Shown: piece by piece, positions 1 through 13,301 of the stretch
Position numbering within the stretch: the first letter of the stretch is position 1
How the letters are laid out: each line of letters begins with the position of its first letter
NCBI RefSeq assembly: GCF_006345805.1
Contig: NC_043004.1
Location: 22,878,001 to 22,942,000 of the forward strand
Length of the DNA: 64,000 nucleotides
Source: Octopus sinensis
Taxonomy: Eukaryota
Direction of reading: 5' to 3'
Made by a program: the position numbers and the translations under genes
The notes under the pieces: generated by a model
Database searches by the model: none
The model's input: only the letters and a program-made list of their open reading frames with translations
What the model was told of the DNA's origin: nothing

Positions 1-35
<35 letters not shown>

Positions 36-156
36 TTTCACGTGTAGGACGGATCCGGCTGTCAGTTGAGTCCATTGTGAATATTGTCATGTCGCCTTCC
101 TCTGGAGTAGGGAAGCCAATGTTTAACTGTTTGGTGACGTTGTGTGCTGGACCAGA

Positions 157-320
157 TTAGCGGCATTTCGTCTGTCTTTATGTTTTGAGTTCAAATTTTT
201 CCTTTCATTCTTTCAGGGTCGATAAAATAAGTACCGGTTGAGCACAAATTTCGATATGATTGACTTACTACTTCACCCGAAGTTGTTGCGCTTGTGGAAA
301 ATTTTGAAACCATCATTAAA
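157..320 (+). mobile_element. Octopus tRNA-derived SINE family A, partial
   Basis: ttagcggcatttcgtctgtcttta..gagttcaaat..gtcgataaaataagtacc consensus. Confidence 0.75.
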
Positions 321-736
321 GGTTTTTCCAGTCTATATTTGTCATTCAATTTTATAATCGGATCATTCAAAGTCGCGAGAAAAATTAGCGCCATGGAGTT
401 AATCATTCAAATTCGTTTTTCGATCATTCAATTTCGCACATTAGTCAAAGAATTTAGCATTTACATTATTCAAATTAAAATGCCCGTCGGGAGCGTTCAA
501 ATTAGTCGGAATGCGAGGAAGCGTCTTTTCGAGCATTCAAATTCTTTTCGGAGCAATCTATTTACTTCGAGCAATCAAGCTAGGTCAATACGGTTCAATA
601 ACGTCACCGAACGCTGGACGGAGGGACCGGTAAAATTGCTCTGGTTTTGGGTTAGTCTGGATCTCCGGGTGGAAAACAATTGTCAAATTGAATTGACAAA
701 CGTACGAAAATAACTGCAAACACCAATATTATTATT

Positions 737-965
737 CAGGCGGCGCGCTGGCAGAATCATTAGTACGCTGGACAAACATGCTTAGCGGCATTTCATCCAT
801 CTTTCTGTTCTGAGTTCAAATTCTGCGGAGGTTGATTTTGCCTTTCATGCTTTCGGGGTCAATATGTTAAGTACCAGTTGAGTACTGGTGTCGATGTAAT
901 CAATTTAAACACCGCCACTAAAATTTCAGACATTGTGCCAATAGTAGAAGGGATAATTATTATTA
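737..965 (+). mobile_element. SINE family A
   Basis: Head ggcgcgctggcagaatcattag (A-box-like) and gagttcaaattc (B-box-like); ATT tail. Confidence 0.85.
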
Positions 966-1449
966 TTTTCAACTTCATCCATATCATCATAACAAGAAGT
1001 ATAATACTTTAGAAAATTCGATAATAATCTTCTAAATTATTCCGATTTTTCATTTGCTTTCTCTCTTATTAAAGTGTTAATCACGTTATGGTATCGTTGT
1101 TTAGACAACTGCGCCGTTCTGACAATTCTAAAATGACAATTGGAACGTAAGTCGTTTGGTTTAGAATGATTATCGTGGTTAAATTCCATCTGGTTTATTC
1201 GATAATTAATTATCGAATTGTATTCCTGTTTCTAATCATTCAAATCTGGTTGGATATTTGATATGATTTGTTCTTTTATTGGGTTATTTATTATTCCATT
1301 TATTTGTTTATTTTCATGGGGAATGAGGGATGAGGGATGTATGCGAGGATTACTGTAAACCATACACGCAAAAGACACTCCCACCCAGACACACAGACAC
1401 ACAAGCAGACTCATATACACGCAAGTACAGAAATATAAACACAGAATGT

Positions 1450-1780
1450 CCTTTCTTCAAATCTTCTCGTCTGAAGACTAATATTTTCCTTCGGGTAATA
1501 CATAACTACGTGCTCCTATCCATCACAGATTGTACACATATGTGCAGAAGGTCAAATACTGAACAATCATACAATCGATATTTATATCATCTGACTCTGG
1601 GCTTTGACCAATATAATCAATTGCCTTACTGTTCTCCTAATCACACCCAAGACGGCATATGTTTTTGTGTATATCTTGTGTCCAGCTACTACCTCAGTTG
1701 TTGATATTTCTAATCTTATGGCCAACATATCATTGTATTCAATACAGACACCCTCAAATAAATCACAATTTGCCAATTAC
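1450..1780 (-). mobile_element. Possible decayed CR1 fragment
   Basis: HKIYTKTYAVLGVIRRTVRQL resembles the CR1 KANxxLGxIRRxF motif. Confidence 0.35.
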
Positions 1781-2339
1781 CTTAACCTGTACAATAGCTC
1801 AAATTATTACAACATGCAGCTGAAAACACGTGTGTGTTCTGTCAAAATTTGCATTTTAAATCATTTCTGAGGAGTCTTCAATGTATTTCAAATCACAAAT
1901 GCTTTGAACGGAAATATAAAATTTCTGCTGGTTATTTTAGCTTTTGCTATTCTGAGTTAAACTTTCCCTAGAGGCATGTCTTGGCCATTGTCGGACTATT
2001 TCAAACTCTGCCAACAATATCTAGATATATAACATAATGATGAGGTATTCAATAGTACTGATTAGGCCCTAATGCATCATGGCAATAATTACTAACTAGA
2101 TTTACCCTGTAGTGTATATGTATCGCTAATCTTAGTAATATAAGATGATGCCAAAATTGAAACTTATCAGTAAAAATATCTAGGCATCTAGTAGTTCGAC
2201 TTTTAAGTTAGCTTTTTCCTGAAATACGGGTATGTTTGTAACTGAACGAATAACCTCACACACGGACACAGAAACACACATGTACATACACACATACATA
2301 AACAAATACCCACCCATATGTTTGATTCGAAAATGAAGA

Positions 2340-2612
2340 TTCAGTTGTTTCATAAACAGAATTACCTGCTCAATGAAATAGCATGTAAGTGGCTGAGTAT
2401 TCCAAAGACATATGTACCCTTAAAGTAATTATATGAAAGAATAAAAATTACATGTGTGGCAAGGTGCTACATTTGAGTTATAAGTGCAATACCTTCAACC
2501 GACTTCTATTCAATTTTCGTTTACCCAGTTCCTCACAGAAATTGTAAATTTGCAAGGAAAGCTACAGGCGGATCGAACCCTACAGACGGAACGAAGCCAC
2601 TCAGCCACTTGT
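2340..2612 (-). mobile_element. Decayed tRNA-derived SINE
   Basis: gtggctgagtggcttcg..agggttcgatcc head; 3' part shares aagggtacatatgtc..actcagccactt with family B. Confidence 0.6.
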
Positions 2613-2613
2613 G

Positions 2614-2686
<73 letters not shown>

Positions 2687-3659
2687 CACACGCATGCAAA
2701 AATACAGACACGTGTGTGTGTGTGTAAATACAGAGAGAAGGGAAATAGAGTGAGGGAAAGAGAGAAGGAGAGTGAGAGAGAGAGAGTCAGCAGATTAAAT
2801 CCGGAGATGCTCAATTTAGAATACATATATTAGTGTTCAAATGATTTGAACTTAGATTCCGAAGATGTTGGCAGGCAGATGAGAAGGAAATATTGATAAT
2901 AAGATAAGACAGAAAGTCGAATTTACGAAATTCTTTATTCAAATCTACAACAATCGTTTCGACTTATTTTGCACCTGTACCTTGTAAGTGAGATGCAATG
3001 AAATGAATTGTCTTGCATCATAGGTACAGATTACCTCTCTTCATGTGACTTTTTAAACAAGTACCTAGTTTCGTCTCCTCACCCATTTCACTTAGTCCTG
3101 TAACAATACATATCTAAATAGCTGCTGCCTTCTATCAATTATCATGCAAAACTGAGAGAGAAGACACACTACCACACAAAAAGGTAGTGAAGTAGAATAC
3201 ACCGATAAGAAAACATAGATAAATGAAAATATAAAAACATAAAGCATACATAAGATCAAAGTAAAACCGGACATATATAGATAGGAATACACATACAATC
3301 AAAACAAAGATATAAGCACATAATTAGATATACAAAAAAATGCATTAAAGGGATCTCAGCTTGGCTGTCAACCCAGTAAGAATATGTAGCGGAAGAGGAA
3401 ATTAGAGAGATCCTAAAAGAAAGATACGGAGGAACTAGAAAAGAGACATATTACAGTAAAATGACAAGAAGCTACAGCCACACATTCGTATGCACACACA
3501 CACACACACACACACATACACACACACAAACACACACACAAATGCCTAAATAATGGCATACACACATGTAGAATCGACCATTGTAACATATGCTCCCGTA
3601 CACATGCATACACTGACCCACATGGAATGGAAGCACTCCGTCGTCTACGACGACGAGGG

Positions 3660-4008
3660 TTCCGGTTGATCCGAATCAATGGAAATTAACGTGAAATTAA
3701 CGTGCAAGTGGCTGAGCACTCCACAGACACGTGTACCCTTAACGTAGTTCTTGGGGATATTCAGCGTGACACAGATAGTGACAAGACCGGCCCTTTGAAA
3801 TACAGGTACGACAGAAACAGGAAGTAAGAGTGAGAGAAAGTTGTGGTGAAAGAGTACAGCAGGGATCACCACCATCCCCTGCCGGAGCTGCGTGGAGCTT
3901 TAGGTGTTTTCGCTCAATAAACACTCACAACGCCCGGTCTGGGAATCGAAACCGCGATCCTATGACCGCGAGTCCGCTGCCCTAACCACTGGGCCATTGC
4001 GCCTCCAC
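3660..4008 (-). mobile_element. tRNA-derived SINE family B, full length
   Basis: Minus-strand head ggaggcgcaatggcccagtggttagggcagcggactcgcgg...ggtttcgattccc. Confidence 0.9.
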
Positions 4009-4195
4009 ACTGACCCACATATTGACCCACTGGCACAAACCGACATACATACACATATGAAACATACACATGGATATACGCATGAGGATTCACGTAGGCA
4101 CATTGACACACATACTGATACATACAGAACAATATTATATACTATACCGAATGATAGCAGTTGAACAGAGTAAAACCAAACAAATAACTATATTA

Positions 4196-4227
<32 letters not shown>

Positions 4228-4701
4228 TATTATTAATAAGAATAAGTGTACATATACATGCAATGAAGCTGAGATGGATACCCGCATACTCCCATACACA
4301 CTGATATAATCGACATATATAAACTCCCTTGCTTATACAAATAAATGCATACACACGCACGAATATATAAATATAAAGTTGCAATTATGTTAGTCTATTG
4401 TATGCCCACATCTGGTCAAATGAGTTTTTCTCAATATTTAATTTTACTTGTAATAGCCGGTTCCTTTGGTCAAACTATCGTATCTCAATCTGCTTGAGAT
4501 GCCAAGATATGAAAATTATCAAAGTGTAGTACAAAGGTTTAGCATTTTTCAAAAGTGTAGTAAGTCCCACAGTTTTGTAAAAATATTTCTGACTGAAAAT
4601 ATCATACAAGCAGTGAGTAATATCAACTTTCAGCATGGAGTAATATCAACTTATTGGAACATGTTTCACTATTTCCTTCTTTATTATTACAGTTCTTACT
4701 A

Positions 4702-5510
4702 AGGCAGTGAGCTGGCAGAAATGTTAGCACGCCGGGCGAAATGCGTAGCCGTTTTTCCTCTGTCGTTACGTTCCGAGTTCAAATTCCGAGAAGGTCGACT
4801 TTGCCTATCGTCCTTTCGGGGCCGATTAAATAAATACCAGTTACGCACTGGGGCCGATATGATTGACTTAATCCGTTTGTCTGTCCTTGTTTGTCTTCCC
4901 TGTATTTAGCCCCTTGTGGGTAGGAAAGAAATAGGTATTTCGTCTGCCGCTACGTTCTGAGTTCAAATTCCGCCGAGGTCGACTTTGCCCCTAATCCTAT
5001 CGGGGTCGATTACATAAGTAACAGTTACGCACTGGGGTCGATATAATCGACTTAATCCGTTTGTCTGTCCTTGCTTGTCCTCTCTGTGTTTAGCCCCTTG
5101 TGGGTAGGAAAGAAATAGGTATTTCGTCTGCCGCTACGTTCTAAGTTCAAATTACGCCGAGGTCGACTTTGCCTCTAATCCTTTCGGGGTCTATTAAATA
5201 AGTACCAGTTACGCACTGGAGTCGATGTAATCGACTTAATCCGTTTGTCTGTCCTTATTTGTCCCCCGTATCTTTATCCCCTTGTGGTCAATTAATAAGT
5301 AAGAAATGTTAGCACGCTGGACGAAATACTTAGCAGTATTTCGCCCGTCACTACGTTCTGAGTTCAAATTTCGGCGAAGTCGATTTTGCCGTTCATCTTT
5401 TCGGGCTCGATTAAATAAATACCAGCTAGACATTGGGGTCGATGTAATCGACTATTCCCCACCAAATTTCAGGCATTGCGCATTTGGTAGAAAAGGATTA
5501 TTACACTTCT
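4702..5510 (+). mobile_element. Tandem array of four SINE family A units
   Basis: B-box-like gagttcaaat recurs near 4775, 4959, 5145 and 5361 (~185-215 bp period). Confidence 0.88.
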
Positions 5511-7199
5511 TACTAGATATATCTTTCCTGAGTATGCCCTCACACTCATTCCTGGTTTAATTTCTTTTTATAATGTTCGTAGATAAAGTATTCTAGGTTA
5601 TTAAAAATAGCATCTAATATTTCAGTGTGTGACAGATAAAATCCTTAATTGCGTAATCCCAGACGGTCCTATTATGTTACACATGGGCTGGGCCAATGTA
5701 AGTTATATATTAGATTTTGGAAAAAAAATTATCTAATGCACCGAAGAATTCCCTAACAATCTTAGATGATATTTGTGATCCGAAGATTGGATTATGCACT
5801 ACAACATTAGATATTTTATACTTCATATCCGATCTGTATTTGCTTTTATAAATTTTGGTAGTGTCACTCTCCAAGGACTGAGTTTATACTACGTATTTTT
5901 TCGGGGATTCAAGAATGTCAAGAATTCCGTTTTATTTCTTTGTTCTATTTATGTAAAATCTACATACACCATGGTATTTCTGAGCTACATCCAGTAGCAT
6001 ATGCATCCCTAAAGTAGGAGACATCAGGTAGCTGAAAACTTTAGACGAGCTTTACGCAGCATCCTACATGGTTTCTACTCGAATATATATATTAGTAGTT
6101 TCCTTTGCAACCATATATCACGGGTTCGGTCCATCTGAATAGCCTGCTGGCGAATTTAAATTTCTATAGCAATATTTGACTTATTGTTCCTGAGAGGAAT
6201 TGGGTAAATGAAAACTGAATAGAAGTCCATCGGATCAATAATTGTATAGATAAGTTTCATTTTGTAAATAGCCCAACAGCTGAATACAGAGAATCATTAC
6301 AGGAACCATAGAGAAAAATGATTTGAAGTATAACTTTCATGAAATTATTGGTGATACCTTTTGATAAATTTAATAAGGAATTTGTAAATGTTATGGAGAA
6401 AAAAACGTGTAGCTTTGGAAATATTACAAGTAGGAAATAATAATTTTCTTGTAAATGCCGGAGTTCGTAAATTAAATGATGACTTTTTATATTGAATCAT
6501 AGCGCTTTTTTTTTATCCCGAAGCAGACATAGATGATTCAATGAGAAGAAATGAATGTGTGAAGGAGAAGAAATATCTGAAAATATTCAGCTGCATACCG
6601 GCGGTAATTGGGATTCGGTACATTAGAAGAAAACGTTTTTCAAGGTCAAAGTTTAAAATGTATAGCGCGTACTGTTATAGATAAAGTATACTCTTATAGT
6701 TATAAGGTAACAGGATTTCATAACTTTTAATTCATCTTCTTGTGTTTCTTGCAGTGGGATATAATAGGTTGGCTTTACATTCTTACAGTGTTAATTTTGC
6801 TTTGTGAAAAATAAACCATTCACTTGATCGTATCTGAAATCCATACACAGTGGCACTGTTATAGCGGTACACACTATCTAATTTTTAGACTGAATATTTT
6901 CTAGATTTCAGCGAACAATTGTTCAGGGGGCAGCCATCATGAGTGAAGTAGTTACATAGATGGTTATTGCTTGTAGGATGCAAAGTCATACCAACTATTT
7001 GTGCAGTAGTTGATGATTTTTTTTATTTTTTAGTTTTTACATTGTTATTATGGACCTTAGTATTATGTGGCTAAGTTTAGTTCGGGTTGCGAATATTATA
7101 ATATTATACACTTGGAGCTTTGGCAGTTGTTAATGTTAGTATTTTTTATTACAGCTATGCTGTATACCAAATTCTGAGTTATTGCTTAGGAAATATTAT

Positions 7200-8800
7200 A
7201 ATTCTTACTTGTGGAGGAAGGTGCTCGGAAGAGAATGGAAATAATTTGAAAGTTACATGTAGTACGCCGAAGAATTTTCTGTTTACGAAGTCAGATACTA
7301 TGCCTACCACTACCTCCACTGCAACCACATTATGCGCAGTATCACTTGCTGCTTCGTTCCTCCGGGTTACGTTGGATTGCTCTAAAACAAACCCGTACTT
7401 ATGTTTTCCCCTGTCCCTAATATCCACCTGTTCTCCCAATGTAACAGTGAAAGCATTCCTTCTCGGCAATTTATGTCATCAGTAAGAATTCTGTTTTTAT
7501 ATTTCCGTTTGGTCTCAATTCTTATTGTTCCTACTATAACCACGTTGCTCGAGTTGATTTTGCTACTGATGTTTCATTTTCCCAACCTATGATATATAGC
7601 GGATTTAAAAGCGATGGAGTATGCAATTTCCCGGTCAAAGATGGGGTAGCTCTCAGACACTTACTGATGTATGCAACCTTCAGAGCTTATCTAAATTTAG
7701 CTGATATTTTGCGTAACCTTATTCGTCGAGAGCTTGTACATTCTAGGTGAAGTACTCGTAAAAATAGATTTAAATAGTTTGAGGGCGGTTCGAGTCGTGA
7801 TTAAGATATTCTATGTTTCTTAAAGGGTTAGTACTGGGCCGTGTTCAAACGTAATGACAAGACAAAAATTCACTACTCTATAGTTCCCAATTAAATAGAT
7901 GATCCGTTGATCTTGAAATAATGAAAGTCTTCATATATCTCTTGATTCTACTTTGCAACACTTGTGGTTAGGAGAGAATTGAGCATCACCCCTCTATTGA
8001 CCTCATGACTGTTTCCAGAAAACTGCATATATGTTGGTAAGACATCGATGACCTTCCTAAAACATGACATACAAGTTATAATGAAAAGCTCTTTGTTAAA
8101 TCATTTTTTCTTTTGTTTGGTTAACAGTTGTGAGAAATGTATTGTGTCCTTCAGCAATTCTGAAAGACAAGATTCCTATAAACGGTAATGTATATAACGT
8201 AGCTGGCCTCGGAGTCTTCAGAGGAATTTATTAATATGCCATTTACAATAGAATATCGAAATTGCTATTGAATTTCTTTTAATCTGCATCAGTTAAGAAA
8301 ACTCTTCATTCCATGTATCAATCAATGTCTCACCCGGTGAGCCTTGCTGAAATGGAGGCAATGTATGTCTTGATTTTGAACTAGTAGTTTGCCAGTGTAT
8401 ATCTAATGTAATCTTTTTTCTCTAGTTTGTTCTGCATTGCTGTACGCTAAGTTGATGTCGTGTAGTTTTGTTTGCTGCAATGAATACAACATTTACGTAA
8501 GGTCACTATCTTAACTTTTTCCTGACGGACCAAAGTTTTGTGACGCCTCAATATTAGCTCATTACTGGGATCGAACTCATAATTGCCACATGGTATAAGC
8601 AAGTACTTTCACCGTGTTTTAAACAATAACACCTGTTAAGAGAACGTAGTGTTGCGTTTAGACATTCGTAGTGTCTGGAAAATATACAATGATTAAAATA
8701 AACTGAGGAATGCTGAATTCCTGTTTCTTGCTTTGAGATTTGTTTGACAACAATGAAGTTATACCGTTTTACCAACAGCTATGATATAGTATACTGTTTA
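7200..8800 (-). mobile_element. Very decayed LINE, possibly RTE clade
   Basis: Patchy similarity only: CFRKVIDVLP, HEVNRGV, YFKINGSSI, WENRWILG; many stops. Confidence 0.4.
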
Positions 8801-9663
8801 GATTATTATGAAATACTTTCAACAATTGAACATTCAGTTCTCATTGCAGCATAATTTTCTATCTAGTCACCTATCCACAGATATTATTTTACATGGACAC
8901 AACGAATAATGGTCAAACTCAGTAACACACTAAAAAGTGTTAATAGGAACTTAAATATTCAGATACTACAGCATGCAAAGTTTGGGTACGCTCTTTGTAA
9001 TTCGGATATAACATGAAACAAAATTTGTATATTTGTTTAGACTAAATGAGAATGTATCATCCATAAACAGGCTTAGGCGGTATTTTCTGGTGTAAAATAA
9101 ATATCGCAATTTAAAACACGTTTGCAAGTGTGCAGATTACAGCCACGCCACTTCAAGAATAAAAAACAAAACATGAAGTGGTAGTTCTATATATATGCCA
9201 ATTGCAACAAATACAACACCGTAAAACACGAACATAATATCTTGTAAAAAAGAAAGAAGTTCAGTAGTTGGTTTCACTTTAACAATACTGCACAGTAGTG
9301 GATTGTTTACCGACGTAAACGACTTACAGACAGATGTAATCGAATTTCTTCGAAAGAAATATGAGATTAACGCAATAGTTAAGGTAATGTTTGAACGTTA
9401 GGTTCTATACTATTGAGATATATACACAATGAGGAAGCCGAAGAGATAGAGGAGAAATAAATGAACTCTAGACTGTAAACCATGGATATCAAACAAAATT
9501 ATCTCACTGCACGATAAGGAAGCAAAGAATTAACGGGTAGTAGTTGTTGAAGAAACAGATATGTTATTTAAATTTACTGAGTTAATAATTGAAAGTAAAT
9601 TGAAAATACTATCAATGAGTTGCTTTCAGCCACTAAAAGATAGTGGTACACAATACATACAGA

Positions 9664-9676
9664 CACACACACACAG

Positions 9677-9711
<35 letters not shown>

Positions 9712-9758
9712 CAGTACACACAAACATGCATACATGTATATGTACATATGTACTCGTG

Positions 9759-9792
<34 letters not shown>

Positions 9793-9898
9793 ATATATAC
9801 ATATATATACATATATATATATATAATATATATATACACATATATATATATTATATATATATATACACATATATATATATATACATATATATATATAC

Positions 9899-9930
<32 letters not shown>

Positions 9931-9932
9931 AT
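9664..9932. repeat. (CA)n/(TA)n compound microsatellite
   Basis: Direct inspection. Confidence 0.95.
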
Positions 9933-10905
9933 AAACTGCAAGAAAAGAATCTAAGGCTGTTAGAGAATTATAATAGATTTATAAACCAAAATTTCCTATC
10001 AGATACAAGAATAATAGTCTAAGTATTAAATTTCTTATCTTTATTTACACAGGTGTCTTAAGACTAGCGACTACTACCAATTGTGCAGTTTCTGTATTCG
10101 CTTGCATTGAAAATTTATATATTAAATCATATTGGTTATTGGAAAATTTCACTAAGAACTTCATGTAAATACGGTATTGTGCTTTCGACATTTTACGAAC
10201 ATCCCGTGACTAGAAATCAACGATTTTCTATTTATATAACGTAAGCACTGTAAATGATATTTTTAAGTATTATTTATTTGCATATTGAAAAATATCTTCC
10301 CGTTAGATAAGTTTGTTTTAATTCAAAAGAAAATAAACATGTATTTCTAAATAGATCTGTGCACATTTATAGGCGCTGAAATTTTCCATAGAGGTGTAAG
10401 ATATAAAAACATTCGAACAATAGACATGATGTTTTATCGTGTTTTGGCAGTTGTATAACGTACACACGAATATATATATATATACACATAATCATACGTA
10501 TGTGGACATATGTACTCACAGACACACATTTATAAATACTCTATTTCGCTATATATCTTTTCTCAAAGCAGACCAAACAAAATTTATGTCCACATTGTAT
10601 AATGTCTCACACTTGAATATATGCATAGATAAAAAATAAAGTATTATAAAGTACCAAGCTTGAAAGCGAATGGTAGAAATATTTATAGAAACATAGGCCA
10701 CAAACTGTACCTCCCTCAAACAGATATGTTAAAATTTCCTAGTAGAAACGATATAACTTCTAAAACAATTTATTCTCAACTTTACACCTAAGCGTAAATT
10801 AGACAACTTTCTATACTGACAACATCATGGCACGCTTGACAAATAACCTTATTCTTTCCAAAACGAAACAGAAAAAATTTAATTATATAGCACCAACAGA
10901 AAGTA

Positions 10906-12158
10906 TCAGGTCATCCCATAAGTTCTGTCCGAATTTTTAATAAAGAAAACAAGTGATCAAATGTTATATTTAACTGAAATTTAATCATCAATGTACTTTC
11001 CCAGATTATCTACGACTTCCTTCCTTCTATTTACAAGATTTTTAACCCCATCAATGTAAAATTCTTGGTTTCAAAGCGAAGAACTTTGAAATATCAGTTT
11101 CGACCTCCTCTTTGGCTTGCGAAAGTTACGTCCCCCAAATGATTCTGTAAACTACGAATCAAATTGTAGTCTGAAGGAGTAAGGCCAGGAGAATATGGTG
11201 GATGAAGACTTTTTTCCCCAACCAAGTTCTTCGATCTTCTGTGATGTGATCTTTGCAGTATGAGGTCACGCATTGTCCCGATGAAACATCTCTCCTTTTC
11301 GATTCACTAAAGCAGGTCTTTTTTCTTCAAAGCTTAGCTCAAACGCTCTAATTGCTGACAGTAGACTTGTCATTAATTGTTGCATTAGGTGGTAACAATT
11401 CAAAGTGAATTATTCCTTTGCAGTCCCACCATATAGAGAGAAGAACCTTTTTTCCATGAGGTTCTCTTCTCGGTTGTAGTTGACCTTTCTCCCTTTTACC
11501 AAGCCACTATTTGCAACGTTTAACATTTCGATAGAAGACCCATTCTTTGTCACCAGTCACAAGTTTATCCAAAAAGAGTGAAACGAGTTCGCGAGAATGG
11601 AGAGAAGAGCAGATGTCAACTCAGGATTTGCGGTTACTTTCGGACAATTCATGAGGCACCCATTTTCCAAGTTTAGGAACCTTTCCAAGTTGTTGAAGAT
11701 GAAGATGAACAGTTGTATGGTTTGGACTAATTTTTATTGCAAATTCTTCAACTGATAATGCAGGATTTTCTTCAAGTAATGCCCCAAGAAACTTATCATC
11801 AAACTCAAATGGACGTCCTGTTCGATCTTCATCTTCTAGGCTGAAATCTCCACTTCTGAATTTTGCAAACCATCTTCTGCAAGTCTTTTCATTGAAGCAT
11901 TCTTTCCCATAAACTGGGTGTATGTTTCAAGTCGCTTCGGGTGCAGAGTTTCCTTTTTTGTACTCATAAATCATTATGTGCCTTAAATGCTCTTTGGATA
12001 CTTCCATGTTAGAAAGGGTTTTAATGAAAGAAATTTTAATTCTATTATTCTGTAAAATAATATTTAATTAGTTTAAATGTACACAAAAACATATAACTAA
12101 TTTTTCATTTAATTTTTAAAAATAGGTAAAATCAGACTCAACTTATGGGATGACCTGA
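10906..12158 (-). mobile_element. Near full-length mariner (D,D34D) DNA transposon, inactivated
   Basis: TIRs TCAGGTCATCCCATAAGTT at both ends with TA target duplications (10904-05, 12159-60). Minus-strand transposase relic MEVSKEHLRHIMIYEYKKGNSA...CRRWFAKFRSGDFSLEDEDRTGRP...GKWVPHEL...VTGDKEWVFY...FHRDNA. Confidence 0.92.
10981..12007 (-). pseudogene. Mariner transposase pseudogene
   Basis: ATG at 12007 to TAA at 10981, with several in-frame stops and frameshifts; WVPHEL motif retained. Confidence 0.85.
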
Positions 12159-12860
12159 TAAAAAAAATTACTGACCTAGTTACTCTACCTATTTACATTC
12201 TTGTATGAATTCCTGCAAAGTCCTTAACATAAAAGCTGGCACATCTCAATAAGAACACTTTATTCCACTTAATTAAATATCGGATGAGCTCTGTAATTTT
12301 TGCTTCACATTACAAAAAACAAATGGTTTAATCACCCATTAGTGCCGAAAAAAAACCAACCAACAACAACTATACGTAGTGACACATCTAATGAAGACGT
12401 AACTCTTCCTTCTACCGAACTGTTTTTTTCTTTTACTTTTTGTGAACAAAACAATGCATAGTGCATCCTCCTGACATTTTTTTAAAGCCTAAAATCAATG
12501 TCTGGAAGAGGTACAATCTAAAATCGCACCTTTGAAGCAAGTTTGATGACGTGCAACGTTAATACCCAAAACCACAAACTTGACGTAAATTTTCACTTCG
12601 AAATGTTGCCTCAACTGGCGTCGGAAGCAGAGTTGGTACAGAAACAATTGTAACGAAACATTAGAGATGTGTTCAAGAGTTTTTTAGTCTTCTTATTATT
12701 TGGCTTATAATTTACTCCTCGCCAAACCCACATAACTGTGTGACCATCATGAAACCAGGATTCTTTACACTTGAAGAATTTAGGCATTCGTCTGGAATCT
12801 GACAGTGGTAATAGCCCAGAATTCGGTGTAAGTGCTTTTCTGGAAATACCCTACCTGGCC

Positions 12861-12899
<39 letters not shown>

Positions 12900-12920
12900 T
12901 GTATATATTCGTTTCTAATC

Positions 12921-13301
12921 TAAGCACAAGGGCCGAAATTTTGGGGGAGGGGGCCAGTCGATTAGATCGACCCAAGTACGCAACTGGCAACTGGTACTTA
13001 ATTTATCGACCCCGAAAGGATGAAAGGCAAAGTCGACGTCGGTGGAATTTCAGCTTAGAACGTAAAGACAGACGAAATACCTATTTCTTTACTACCCACA
13101 AGGGGCTAAGCACAGAGAGGACAGGCAAACGGATTAAGTTGATTATATCGACCCCAGTGCGTAACTGGTATTTATTTAATCGACCCCGTAAAGATGAAAG
13201 TCAAAGTCGACCTCGGCGGAATTTGAAATCAGGACGTAGCGGCAGACAAAATATTGCTAAGCATTACGCCCGGCGTGCTAACGTTTCTGCTAGCTCGCCG
13301 C
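12921..13301 (-). mobile_element. SINE family A dimer
   Basis: Two aaaggcaaagtcgac-type units; head ...gctagctcgccgcct on the minus strand. Confidence 0.85.

Noticed and set aside
294-713. 139 aa ORF (MENFETIIKG...)
   Set aside because: Starts within a SINE tail, has no recognisable domain or splice signals, and its IIQI repeats simply reflect the CATTCAAAT DNA motif.
3950-4008. tRNA-like sequences here and at 26690-26740 and 58828-58895
   Set aside because: They continue directly into multi-copy SINE bodies and lack a complete acceptor stem; they are SINE heads, not tRNA genes.
4702-5510. Regularly spaced repeats resembling a CRISPR array
   Set aside because: Units are ~185-215 bp SINE bodies without unique spacers, in eukaryotic DNA.
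12712-12860. Possible RTE-like fragment (FPEKHLHRILGY...)
   Set aside because: Similarity is too short and weak to support a call.
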